A DNA stretch of 64,000 bases, from IMG/VR virus record IMGVR_UViG_3300046804_003518, positions 1 through 64,000 of that record; one strand, written 5' to 3'. Source of the stretch: a virus. A program made the translations under genes and the position numbers. The notes under the pieces are model-generated. The model was not told the origin of the DNA. It saw only the letters and a list, made by a program, of their open reading frames with translations, and did no database searches. Below are positions 49,054-59,400 of this stretch, piece after piece (within the stretch, counting starts at the first letter, position 1; each line of letters starts with the position of its first letter).

Positions 49054-52000
49054 ATGGCAACAAAGTTTCAGATTAAAAGAACGTCTGTAGCTGGACGTAC
49101 GCCTAATACATCTAATCAGGCTAATTCATCCTATATTGCAGCTGGTGAGCTAGCTGTCAATCTTACGGACAAAAAGCTATATTCTTCTAATGGTACCTAT
49201 CATTTTGAGATTGGTGCCTTTGATGTACAGTTAGTTAATTCAACTTCTAACGTATCCACATACACACAAATTTCTACTCTTCAATTTGACGAAGATAGTG
49301 GGTTTGATGTAACAAATCCTTCCGCGGGCATTGCTAAGGTTGCAATGAACAGTACATTCAAGTACTGGCAAGTTGATGGTGTTACTAAGCTAACTGCAAC
49401 TGGTCTTGATACCGTAAACTTTATCGGTGGCAATAATGTTCTAATTACTGCCAATGGTGCCAATACACCTCAATCTATTGCCTTTGCAACTTCAATGACG
49501 CCAACATTTACAAGCGTCACGTTTGGCAATAGCACAGTTAACACAACAATCAATTCTTCTGCTATTGCAGTCACTAAAATTTTTGCAAACGGTTTTGTTG
49601 GCACAGCTGGTAAGGTACTGACTTCAAATGGCACAGGTGGCATCTATTGGAGTGATCCAACATCTGGTGGCGGTGGCGGTGGTGACCTTACAATTATTAG
49701 CGATACGTTTAATGGTAATGGATCTAACACACAATTTACTTTATCAGTTACAACACAAACCAATAAAACATTTGTTTACCTAAATGGTGTCCTACAAGCT
49801 CCAACAACAGATTACTCTGTTGCCAACAATATTCTAACATTTGCAACAGCTCCTCCAAGTGATAATGCTATTGAAGTAAGAACCTTTGACATTCCATCTG
49901 TTGCTGACTTGACAGTTACAAGCGACAACTTTACTGGCAATGGTTCCAATACCCAGTTCACACTTACAACATCATTATCATCAGACCAAACATCGTTAGT
50001 ATTTCTAAACGGTGTCGCTCAAGTACCAACAACAGATTATACAATATCTGGTAGTACTCTAACATTTACAGCTGCTCCAGCTAATGGTACCAATATCCAG
50101 GTTACTAGCTATACCGCTGAAGATATTGCTACAACAACGTATACTGGTAATGGATCTAACACACAATTTACACTTGGTACAACATCTACCACTTCTAAGA
50201 CAGTAGTTTCTCTCAACGGTGTTACTCAAACTCCTGTTGCTGACTATAGCGTTTCAGGTGCTATTCTAGTCTTTAGTGTTGCACCAGCCAACGGCGATAA
50301 GATCATTGCTAGATCAATCCCATCTACAGCATCGTCTACTGCTGGTAGTAACACTAATGTCCAATACAATAAGTCTGGGTCGCTTGGTGGCTCGGCTGGC
50401 TTTGTGTTTGATGAGACAACCAACAACGTCACGATTGCTAATACATTAACTGTACCTAACCTAAGAATTAGTGCCTCTAACCCTCCAGCCAACTCTACTG
50501 CCACTGGTACGACTGGTACTATTGCTTGGGATAGTAGCTACCTATATGTTGCCACTGGCACAAATACTTGGAAGAAGACACCAATTACTACTGATGGTGC
50601 TGGTGGCGGAGGTAGTGCCAATACTGCCGGCGCCAATACTGAAATTCAATTTAACGACAGTAATGCTCTTGGAGCTAATAGTAAGTTCACGTTTAATAAG
50701 GACACAACGACATTAGCAATTGGCTCAAACGTAACAGTCAATACAAGTACTATCTTTATTGGTAACAGTACAGTCAACACAACAATCACAGCCGGCAATG
50801 TTCATCTTCAAGGCACTCAGTTAACTGTTGGCAATGTTGTTATTACAGGATCGCAAATCACTGTTGGTAATAGTACTGTTAATACAGTAATTGGTGCCAA
50901 TTCGTTTGGTGTCGGAATGTTGAGGGATTCATTTACTGGTAATGGATCAAACACCCAATATACATTATCATCTACACCAACTGACGAAAGTCACACACTT
51001 GTATTTGTTGATAGAGTTATTCAAAGAGATGCTGATTATAATATATCTGGTACAACATTAACATTTACAGCAGCTCCTGATAACGGGTCAGAAATAGATG
51101 TTTATATTGCCCGAGCTGGAATAGCCACGTTGTCAGGCAATGGTTCTTCAATTACATCTGTTAATGCAGCTACAGTTGGTGGCAACACTGCTTCTACACT
51201 AAGATCATATTCAGATACAGTTGCTGCCACTGCTTTCTCTAATGCTGCTGCAAGAGCCGATTCAGCTTATTCTAATGCTGTAAGTTATGCAGACACCAAA
51301 GCAGCTACAGCTTATAGTAACGCCACAAGTTATGCTGATACAAAGGCAGCTACTGCCTATTCAAATGCAACCTCATACGCTGACACTAAGGCGGCCACAG
51401 CATTTTCTAACGCAGCCTCAAGAGCTGATAGTGCATATAGTAATGCAGTAAGTTATGCAGATACAAAGGCAGCAACAGCTTATAGCAATGCTACATCGTA
51501 CGCTGATACTAAAGCCTCGGCCGCTTACTCAAATGCGATTGCCTACTCGGGTAATGCGGCGGCCGCCTATACCAATGCAGTTGCATATGCTAACTCAACA
51601 TTCCTACCTCTTGCTGGTGGAACATTAAATGGTACACTGACATTTGGGAATAGCACTGTTAATACAGTAATTAATTCCACTTCTGTTGTTGTTACAAAGG
51701 TTGTTGCTAATAGTTCTGCTGGATCAGACGGACAAATACTAACGTCTAATGGAGCTGGTGTTTATTGGGCTAATGCAGCATCAACATCAAAGTATTCCAA
51801 TCAGTATTTACTCACTGGAACAACAACAAATGCTACAGAAACAGAAATATTCATTGATGGTGGAGCAACAAGAATACCAGTAGCAGTCAATAAGACAGTT
51901 TACTACACAATTGATTGTGTCTGTAGAAGAACAGACTCAACAGGTGACCACGGCGCGTTTTTTCTAAAGGGTGTTGCAACAAATGCAAGCGGAACAACAA

Positions 52001-52164
52001 CAGACGTTGGTTCTATTTACGAAGTTATTGTTACTAGGTCTGATGCTAACTTTGCAATTGACGCCAGAGCAAATAACGCAAGCGATTCAGTAAACATATT
52101 TGTTACCGGGGCAACAGGAAAGACTGTGTCCTGGAGTTGTGTCGTTACAACAATGGAAGTATAA
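49054..52164 (+). CDS. tail fibre protein with repeated ~70 aa beta domains and a coiled-coil stalk
   Basis: Four (F/Y)xGNGSNTQ(F/Y)TL modules, GNSTVN repeats, AYSNATSYADTKAAT repeats. Confidence 0.75.
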   Translation: MATKFQIKRTSVAGRTPNTSNQANSSYIAAGELAVNLTDKKLYSSNGTYHFEIGAFDVQLVNSTSNVSTYTQISTLQFDEDSGFDVTNPSAGIAKVAMNSTFKYWQVDGVTKLTATGLDTVNFIGGNNVLITANGANTPQSIAFATSMTPTFTSVTFGNSTVNTTINSSAIAVTKIFANGFVGTAGKVLTSNGTGGIYWSDPTSGGGGGGDLTIISDTFNGNGSNTQFTLSVTTQTNKTFVYLNGVLQAPTTDYSVANNILTFATAPPSDNAIEVRTFDIPSVADLTVTSDNFTGNGSNTQFTLTTSLSSDQTSLVFLNGVAQVPTTDYTISGSTLTFTAAPANGTNIQVTSYTAEDIATTTYTGNGSNTQFTLGTTSTTSKTVVSLNGVTQTPVADYSVSGAILVFSVAPANGDKIIARSIPSTASSTAGSNTNVQYNKSGSLGGSAGFVFDETTNNVTIANTLTVPNLRISASNPPANSTATGTTGTIAWDSSYLYVATGTNTWKKTPITTDGAGGGGSANTAGANTEIQFNDSNALGANSKFTFNKDTTTLAIGSNVTVNTSTIFIGNSTVNTTITAGNVHLQGTQLTVGNVVITGSQITVGNSTVNTVIGANSFGVGMLRDSFTGNGSNTQYTLSSTPTDESHTLVFVDRVIQRDADYNISGTTLTFTAAPDNGSEIDVYIARAGIATLSGNGSSITSVNAATVGGNTASTLRSYSDTVAATAFSNAAARADSAYSNAVSYADTKAATAYSNATSYADTKAATAYSNATSYADTKAATAFSNAASRADSAYSNAVSYADTKAATAYSNATSYADTKASAAYSNAIAYSGNAAAAYTNAVAYANSTFLPLAGGTLNGTLTFGNSTVNTVINSTSVVVTKVVANSSAGSDGQILTSNGAGVYWANAASTSKYSNQYLLTGTTTNATETEIFIDGGATRIPVAVNKTVYYTIDCVCRRTDSTGDHGAFFLKGVATNASGTTTDVGSIYEVIVTRSDANFAIDARANNASDSVNIFVTGATGKTVSWSCVVTTMEV
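51232..51597 (+). repeat. 15/11-residue coding tandem repeats
   Basis: AYSNA(T/V)SYADTKAAT (15 aa) interspersed with AFSNAA(A/S)RADS (11 aa). Confidence 0.85.
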
Positions 52165-52167
52165 CAA

Positions 52168-52635
52168 ATGCCAACAAGAACAAGAAGTATTTTAATTGAT
52201 AACACACTAGGTAAAATCTTTACCGGTGTTGCTAATTCTGGAACAACTGATGTTTCAAAGTTAATAGCTGGCACCAAAATACAAAACAAGGGGGTAAGTG
52301 CTCCATCTAAAAATAATATCGTTGCAGCCACCAATATTGGGGATGGTAAGGGTGTTTATTTTTCAGCAGATAGCCTGATTGTCCAAGTTGTTCTAAAAGC
52401 TAGTATAGCCCCCAAGGGGAGAGCGGCGCAAGTTAGATTGAAGAAAGGATCGGATGGTTATAGCAATTCAACAGTTATTGACACCTATTCGTTACCAGCT
52501 AACTCAGTTTCCGCTACAATAAATACTAACATAAGCATTTTGGCAGGCCAATCTGTATTTGCAGATGTTGTCCAAGGTGGTTCAACCACTCCTGGTCAGG
52601 GATTATCCATTGCATACAATTATTACTCAGGTTAA
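52168..52635 (+). CDS. hypothetical virion protein
   Basis: 155 aa beta-rich ORF in the late operon. Confidence 0.6.
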   Translation: MPTRTRSILIDNTLGKIFTGVANSGTTDVSKLIAGTKIQNKGVSAPSKNNIVAATNIGDGKGVYFSADSLIVQVVLKASIAPKGRAAQVRLKKGSDGYSNSTVIDTYSLPANSVSATINTNISILAGQSVFADVVQGGSTTPGQGLSIAYNYYSG

Positions 52636-52639
52636 TTAT

Positions 52640-52849
52640 ATGGAAGAAGTATCAAAATATTTTAATAATGCAACGTATTATAGCTTCAATGGGCCAAGAG
52701 TAGATTTTAATCAATTCATGGTCGATAACAACGCTAGCCATACAACTTTGGTTGTCATGGATACGATTTATTTTATAACAAACGTAGAAGATGTTAGTTT
52801 TCTACAAAGCGATCCAAGAGTAACTACCTTCAATGGTAGTGGGGGTTAA
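52640..52849 (+). CDS. hypothetical protein
   Basis: Probable start MEEVSKY at 52640. Confidence 0.55.
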   Translation: MEEVSKYFNNATYYSFNGPRVDFNQFMVDNNASHTTLVVMDTIYFITNVEDVSFLQSDPRVTTFNGSGG

Positions 52850-52853
52850 TTAG

Positions 52854-53879
52854 ATGTACGCCAAGTTAGTTGTAGGTAATGCTAATATTCACCACGTTGG
52901 TGCAATGAGAGATATTGGTAGATTACTTGTATCGAGTAACCCTAGTACTGCAAACCTTTTATATTTTAGTAATACTTCAAGTGTTATAGTAAGTAATACA
53001 CCTGCAGGCTGGACGTATGTTGGAAGTAACGTGGCAAATGATCAGCCAACAATTAGTACCGAATCAGTAGCATCTCCTACAAGAACAACTGGTCATAGTC
53101 TTGTATTTTCTGCTCCTTGCTTAGATAATTCAAAGACAAAGTATCTAGTTTTGGGTAATTACGTTGGAAACGCAGTTTCAACAAATGCCTTTTCAATGAT
53201 GGCATGTTCATCATCAACTAACCTTGGTGTAATGACAAATAGAACCCCTGCTTCAAATACTGTAGGCACCTTGACGTCGCCCTCGCCCAGAATGATTCCA
53301 ACTATCTCAGGTACTGTAATTCACCTTTTAGCAACAGCCAGACATTGTACGCTAATTGTTGAAGGAATAGGATATCATGGATTATGGGAATCTTCTCAAA
53401 CTTCAGTCCATGATTTTTATAATGTTGCACCTTTCATAATAATTAATAATCCTAACAATAGCGCAACAGTTATTGAGACAATTACAACAGATGGTACTGC
53501 AATGCAACAACAAGGATATGCCGTCAATGTGACAAATCCTTCAACGGGTACTAATTACGGGGTTTACAACATATATTCTGGTTCAGCTCAAAATAAAGCT
53601 TACAACCAAAATAATTTATTCTGGGTATCAGGTAATGCTGTTAGAGAGAATACAATTGACTCAAGCGGCAACCCAAGATATCAGATTGATCCAGTATGGT
53701 ATAAAATGGGTGATATAAGCTTTCCTGCGTCATTTGTTACAGGAGTGTGCCCAATTTATTGGACAAAGGGAGGTATTGGCTCAACAGGTGATACAGTTAA
53801 TGTTAATGGTGATACCTATACTTTCTTTAACGCAGGAACATCTACCAACATGCCTGGGCTATTGATTAAGGTAGAGTAG
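52854..53879 (+). CDS. hypothetical virion protein
   Basis: 341 aa ORF in the fibre cluster. Confidence 0.65.
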   Translation: MYAKLVVGNANIHHVGAMRDIGRLLVSSNPSTANLLYFSNTSSVIVSNTPAGWTYVGSNVANDQPTISTESVASPTRTTGHSLVFSAPCLDNSKTKYLVLGNYVGNAVSTNAFSMMACSSSTNLGVMTNRTPASNTVGTLTSPSPRMIPTISGTVIHLLATARHCTLIVEGIGYHGLWESSQTSVHDFYNVAPFIIINNPNNSATVIETITTDGTAMQQQGYAVNVTNPSTGTNYGVYNIYSGSAQNKAYNQNNLFWVSGNAVRENTIDSSGNPRYQIDPVWYKMGDISFPASFVTGVCPIYWTKGGIGSTGDTVNVNGDTYTFFNAGTSTNMPGLLIKVE

Positions 53880-53880
53880 T

Positions 53881-54054
53881 ATGGCTGCATTACAATATAC
53901 TATAGTTCAGCAAGATATTACAAATTATGCCAATACAACTGTAGCAGCATTAGTTGGTCTTGTTGGTGGATATAATGTTAATAAAGAATTGCAGATTGCG
54001 TTAGATCCATTAATTGATAAATCGTTAGTTGCTCCAGAAGAAGCTTACACTTAG
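53881..54054 (+). CDS. small hypothetical protein (missed by ORF track)
   Basis: 57 aa MAALQYTIVQQDITNY...EEAYT*; starts 1 nt after the upstream stop. Confidence 0.55.
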   Translation: MAALQYTIVQQDITNYANTTVAALVGLVGGYNVNKELQIALDPLIDKSLVAPEEAYT

Positions 54055-54068
54055 TAGAGTATACAAAT

Positions 54069-54664
54069 ATGCCAGGCAAATTACAAGGTAGAGCAATATC
54101 TAATACGGCAAACGTAATCTTACAGTCTATCACTGTAGGTAACTCTACCTCTAACGCCACTGTAAATTCAACAGCGGTTGTTATTGGCAATGTCACAATT
54201 ACCGCCTCTCAGATTGCCGTTGGCAACTCAACAGTCAATGCTGTAATTAATAGCTCAGCTGTTACAGCAGCTGGCGGTGCAACATTTGGTGGCCACCTAA
54301 TGCCATCAGCCAATATCACCTACGATATTGGTAATTCTTCAATGCGCTGGAGAGATTTGTGGTTGTCTGGTACGACTATTAATCTTGGTGGTGCCACAAT
54401 TAAGACAGACACCGATACTGGTGCTGTTGCCATTATTCCTAAACCAACAACCGATACACCAGATCCACTTGCCGTAGTCATCTCGCCAGCTGGTGGTGTC
54501 ACTGCAGTACCAACAACTGGTGGTATGGTGCTTGTTGGGATGGCAATTATTTTGGTGGTGGTGGCTATCAAGATGCACCTTATTGGGTAGGTTCTGGCGG
54601 AGATTATTATGCTTATGGTGCCGCTTATGTTTGTTGGTACGACTCGAGCTTTGACACACTATGA
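54069..54664 (+). pseudogene. fibre gene with internal deletion/frameshift
   Basis: Fibre-like frame to ...VPTTGG; the -1 frame then reads NNWWYGACWDGNYFGGGGYQDAPYW...* and ends in an ATGA overlap with the next gene. Confidence 0.6.
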
Positions 54665-54891
54665 ATATACAACTAAAACAAATGAAGCTATTTGTTAAGA
54701 AAATAGACAGCGAAAAATATAAAAGAACAATCACAGATTTACAAGGTAATTTAATCTGGGATGGTGGCGAGCAGTTTTACGTTTATCAAAATATGGTTAC
54801 TATGGATAAAGAAAGAATGAATAATCTTATTACACAAATGAAACAGCTACCATTCTGGAATATAGTAGAGGTAGAAAATGACTTTGCCTAA
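54661..54891 (+). CDS. hypothetical protein
   Basis: 76 aa ORF. Confidence 0.6.
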   Translation: MNIQLKQMKLFVKKIDSEKYKRTITDLQGNLIWDGGEQFYVYQNMVTMDKERMNNLITQMKQLPFWNIVEVENDFA

Positions 54892-55042
54892 TAAAAAGTT
54901 TATTAACATGGATAAAAACTCAGACAATACCTGGTGGGTAGATGTTTTGGATACTTCTTTGGAGCACCCTAGAATGCTTCGTGAAGAATTTGATACAGAG
55001 GCAGAAGCCAGAGCCTATTACAACGAGTTAATGGATCAATAA
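54878..55042 (+). CDS. small hypothetical protein (missed by ORF track)
   Basis: 54 aa MTLPNKKFINMDKNSDNTWWVDV...; GAGG upstream. Confidence 0.55.
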   Translation: MTLPNKKFINMDKNSDNTWWVDVLDTSLEHPRMLREEFDTEAEARAYYNELMDQ

Positions 55043-55050
55043 GTAGTTAA

Positions 55051-56151
55051 ATGGCAACAACAGCTAAAATCGCAAGGACGGATGTACCTGGTGAAGTACC
55101 AAATATATCCGACAGCTCAAATAGTTCATACATTGAACCAGGTGCATTGTTCATCAATGTCACTGATCAAAAGCTATACTCTTCAAATGGGTCAAACTAT
55201 TTTCAGATTAGTGGGTCTGGTGGTGGGTCTGCTAATGTTTCTGTCATTTCCCAAACATTCACTGGCAATGACACAAACACACAGTTTACACTATCCACTT
55301 CTGCCAATACATCTAGAACATTTATATTCTTAAATGGTGTTGCCCAGGTACCAACTACTGACTATTCTATAACCGGTACTACACTAACATTTGTTACTGC
55401 TCCTGCCAATACTGATACTATCCATGCCCATATTCTGGATATTAGTAACCCAAATGATGTGGAGTTTACATTTGATAATTTTGTTGGTAATGATACCAAT
55501 ACCCAGTTTACGCTTGGTTCATCTCTATCATCTAATGCGTATGCGTTAGTATTTCTAAACGGTGTTGCCCAGGTACCAACCAACGATTATGGTGTATCTG
55601 GCGCCAATCTAACATTCACTGTTGCACCAACATCAACAGATAACATTAACATTGTTGGTATTAATGCTGCCGATAACTTAATGGTGACAACATTTATTGG
55701 AGATGGCACAACAAAGAACTTCACTCTAACAGACCCATCTACAACAAATAAGACATTTGTTTATTTAAATGGTGTTGTCCAGAGGCCAACAACTGACTTT
55801 TTTGTGACAAATAAAACACTAACATTTATTACAGCGCCAGCAAATAACGACAAAATTACAGTAAGAACCTTTTTCTATAGACTAGATGCAAGCGGCACAA
55901 ACACGTTTGTCCAGTTTAATGATTCAAATGATATTAGTGGGTCACCAGGATTCACGTTTGATAAGACAACAAACAACGTATCAGTAGCTAATACTTTAAG
56001 TATTGGCCAGCTAAGATTTACGGCCTCAAACCCTCCTGCGACAGCTGTTGCTCCTGGAGTGGCAGGAACAATAACGTGGGATTCGACCTATATCTACGTT
56101 TGTGTTGCTACAAACACGTGGAAGAGGGTTCAGATAGCAACTTGGCCATAG
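55051..56151 (+). CDS. fibre protein, compact paralogue of 49054
   Basis: Shared N-terminus (NSSYI...NxTDxKLYSSNG), three FxG(N/D)...FTL modules and the GTIxWDSxYxYV...NTWK motif. Confidence 0.75.
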   Translation: MATTAKIARTDVPGEVPNISDSSNSSYIEPGALFINVTDQKLYSSNGSNYFQISGSGGGSANVSVISQTFTGNDTNTQFTLSTSANTSRTFIFLNGVAQVPTTDYSITGTTLTFVTAPANTDTIHAHILDISNPNDVEFTFDNFVGNDTNTQFTLGSSLSSNAYALVFLNGVAQVPTNDYGVSGANLTFTVAPTSTDNINIVGINAADNLMVTTFIGDGTTKNFTLTDPSTTNKTFVYLNGVVQRPTTDFFVTNKTLTFITAPANNDKITVRTFFYRLDASGTNTFVQFNDSNDISGSPGFTFDKTTNNVSVANTLSIGQLRFTASNPPATAVAPGVAGTITWDSTYIYVCVATNTWKRVQIATWP

Positions 56152-56161
56152 TTTAAAATAA

Positions 56162-56169
56162 CATAAATA
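56162..56169 (+). promoter_or_regulatory. late-promoter-like box
   Basis: CATAAATA in the intergenic region upstream of 56210. Confidence 0.55.
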
Positions 56170-56209
56170 AACAAGACCCTTCAACCATTTTTAGTTAGGA
56201 TTAGACGGT

Positions 56210-56398
56210 ATGACAACTAAAATTAAACCATCTAACGTCGAAGAAGCTGTATATCCAGTCACTGCCAACAACGCAAATAACCTTGGCGGTACACCAGCTA
56301 ATCAACATTACACGGAAGCAAGAGTAACAATCACTGGTACAACCCCAACAAATGTGGGTGCAACATCTAACGGTCATATTTGGCTAGTTTACCAGTAA
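56210..56398 (+). CDS. small fibre adaptor-like protein
   Basis: 62 aa; LGGTPA and PT...NGHIWLVY motifs. Confidence 0.6.
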   Translation: MTTKIKPSNVEEAVYPVTANNANNLGGTPANQHYTEARVTITGTTPTNVGATSNGHIWLVYQ

Positions 56399-56410
56399 TA
56401 GGCTTATGTA

Positions 56411-59400
56411 ATGCCAGGTAAATTATTCTTTAATGACAACGGCACTCTGAGAGAAGCCGAAATTCTGAAAGTCAACGATGGCGGTATTCTACGTACCGTT
56501 AGGGATGCCTATGTTAATCAGAATGGTGTTCTAAGGCAAATTTACTCTGCTACAAAAGATACATCATACGAAACTTCTAGATCAACTGTATTTGAGACAG
56601 TCATTGTCACGACATTTGATACAACAATTTCAACAAATAGAAATACAACAACTGCTTTTGTGACGTTGTTTGAAACTGGCTATGATACAAGCAAGGCAAC
56701 TGCAACAAATAGAAACACTTCTACATCCAGAGCAACTGCCTACGCTACAACAAGAACAACTGCAACTGTATTTCAAACTTTAACCGTATTTGAAACAACA
56801 ATTGGTACTAATAGAGTAACATCAACCTCTAGGGCTACCACGACAAGTTTCCTCACTAACACTGTATTTGAAACAACTATCAATACAGCAAGAAATACTG
56901 CAACTTCTAGAGCTACCACAACAATATTTATTACAAACACTGTATTTGAAACAACTATCAATACAGCAAGAAATACTGCAACCTCAAAATCAACTGCAAC
57001 GGTATTTGACACCAATACAGTATTTGATACAACAATTAATACAGCAAGAAATACTGCAACAAGCAGAAGTACAGATTCTGTATTTGATACTGTAATTGGC
57101 ACAAATAGAACTACTCTATCTGTATTCAATACCGTTACGGCGTTTCAAACAACAACGGCGTTTGAAACTGCTTATGCTACAACCACAGTATTCAATACGA
57201 CAACTACGTTTGATACGGTAATTGATACTGCTCGTAATACAGCAACCACAAGATCTACAACCACTGCTTATGACACTGGGTATGATACAAGTAAGATAAC
57301 AAATACAGTATTCAATACTGGTACAATAAAAGATACCGTTATTGACACATCTAGATCTACTGCAACAAGTATAGCTACAACAACTGTCTTCCAGACGGCC
57401 TATGCTACAAGCAGAGCCACAGCAACTAGCAGATCTACAGATACTACAATTGATACATCTAGAGCTACAGCAACTAGCAGATCCACAGATACTACAATTG
57501 ATACATCTAGAGCAACGGCTACCTCTAGAGCAACTGACACAACAATTGTTACATCTAGGTTGACAGATACGTCTCAATCTACCACAACAACATTTAACAC
57601 AACAACGACGTTTGACACTGCTTACGCAACGACGACGACGTTTAATACTACAACTACGTTTGACACAGCATATGCTACGACAACAACGTTTAATACCACA
57701 ACTACGTTTGATACTATAATTGCAACAACAAGAGCAACAGACACTTCAAGATCAACCACTACTACGTTCCAAACAACGACAGTATTTCAAACAACTACTA
57801 CATTCCAAACAACAACTACGTTTAACACTATTACAACTTATATCACCTCTCTAGGTGGTAACACTGTATTCCAAACAACAACTACGTTTAATACTATTAC
57901 AACGTATATTACCACTCTTGTTGCTGGAACAACTAGAGCAACTGACACTTCAAGATCAACTACTACCACGTTCCAGACAACGACTGTATTTAATACAATC
58001 ACAACGTATATTACTACTCTTGTTAATGCAACTTCAAGAGCAACCGATACATCTAGAGCCACAACTACAACATTCCAGACTACAACTACATTTGGTACTA
58101 CGTTCTTCTTTAATACAAGTAAGGCAACAACATTCTACTTCAATACAACAACTACATTTGGTACTACGTTCTTCTTTAATACAAGTAAGGCAACTACGTT
58201 TTACTTCAACACATCTGTTATTACAACAACAACATTTATTACGTCAGCTGTTGGTCTTACAACGTTTATTACAACGGCTGTTGCTGGTACAAGTAAGGCA
58301 ACGACGTTCTACTTTAACACAACATACATCACAACAGCCGCTGCTGCAACCTCTAAGGCTACAACATTCTACTTTAACACAAGTGTTGGTGGTACTACAT
58401 ATTTCAGCTCAGGGTTCATAACAACATTCTACACAGTGATTGGTATAGCCTATTACAAATGGTGGTCAAACCAGTACTTTGGCAATACAACCAGAGCCAC
58501 ATCTGTAATTACATCCAAGGCTACAACATTCTACTTTGGCACAAGTGCTGGTGGTACTACCTACTTTAATACAACATTCTACTTTAATACAGTTAGAGGT
58601 ACCAGTGCTGGTGGTACTACTTTCTTCAACACTACCTTTTATTTCAATACGTCTAGAAACACGACGTTCTACTTTAACACAGCTAGAGCAACAACATCTA
58701 CCTTTATCACAACTCTAGGTGGTATCACAACATTCATTACAACTCTAGGTGGTACAACATCTAGAGCAACAGGTACTTCAGTTGGTGGTATTACTACATT
58801 TATTACAACATTGGGTGGTACAACATCTAGAGCAACAGATACGTCTAGAGCAACTACAACCACATTCCAAACAACAACAACGTTTAACACTACGTTCTTT
58901 TTTAATACAACTCTTGCTACAGCCACTTCTAGAGCAACAGATACGTCTAGAGCAACAACTACAACATTTCAGACAACAACTGCATTCAACACAACATTCT
59001 TCTTTAATACAACTCTAGCAACTGCAACTTCTAGAGCAACTGATACGTCTAGAGCAACTACGTTCTTCTTTAATACTACTTTGGCCACGGCAACAAGTAG
59101 AGCAACCGATACATCTAGAGTAACTGATACTTCTAGAGCTACTGACACATCTAGAGCTACAACAACAGTTTTCCAAACAACAACAACGTTTGAGACTGCC
59201 TATGCTACAAGCAGAGCTACCGCAACCAGCAGATCTACTGACACAACAATTAGCACATCTAGAGCTACTGCAACAAGTAGAGCAACAGATACAACAATTA
59301 GCACATCTAGAGCTACTGCAACAAGTAGAGCTACAACTACTGTCTTCCAGACAACAACAGCATTTAATACAGCTTATGCTACAACAACGGTATTTGATAC

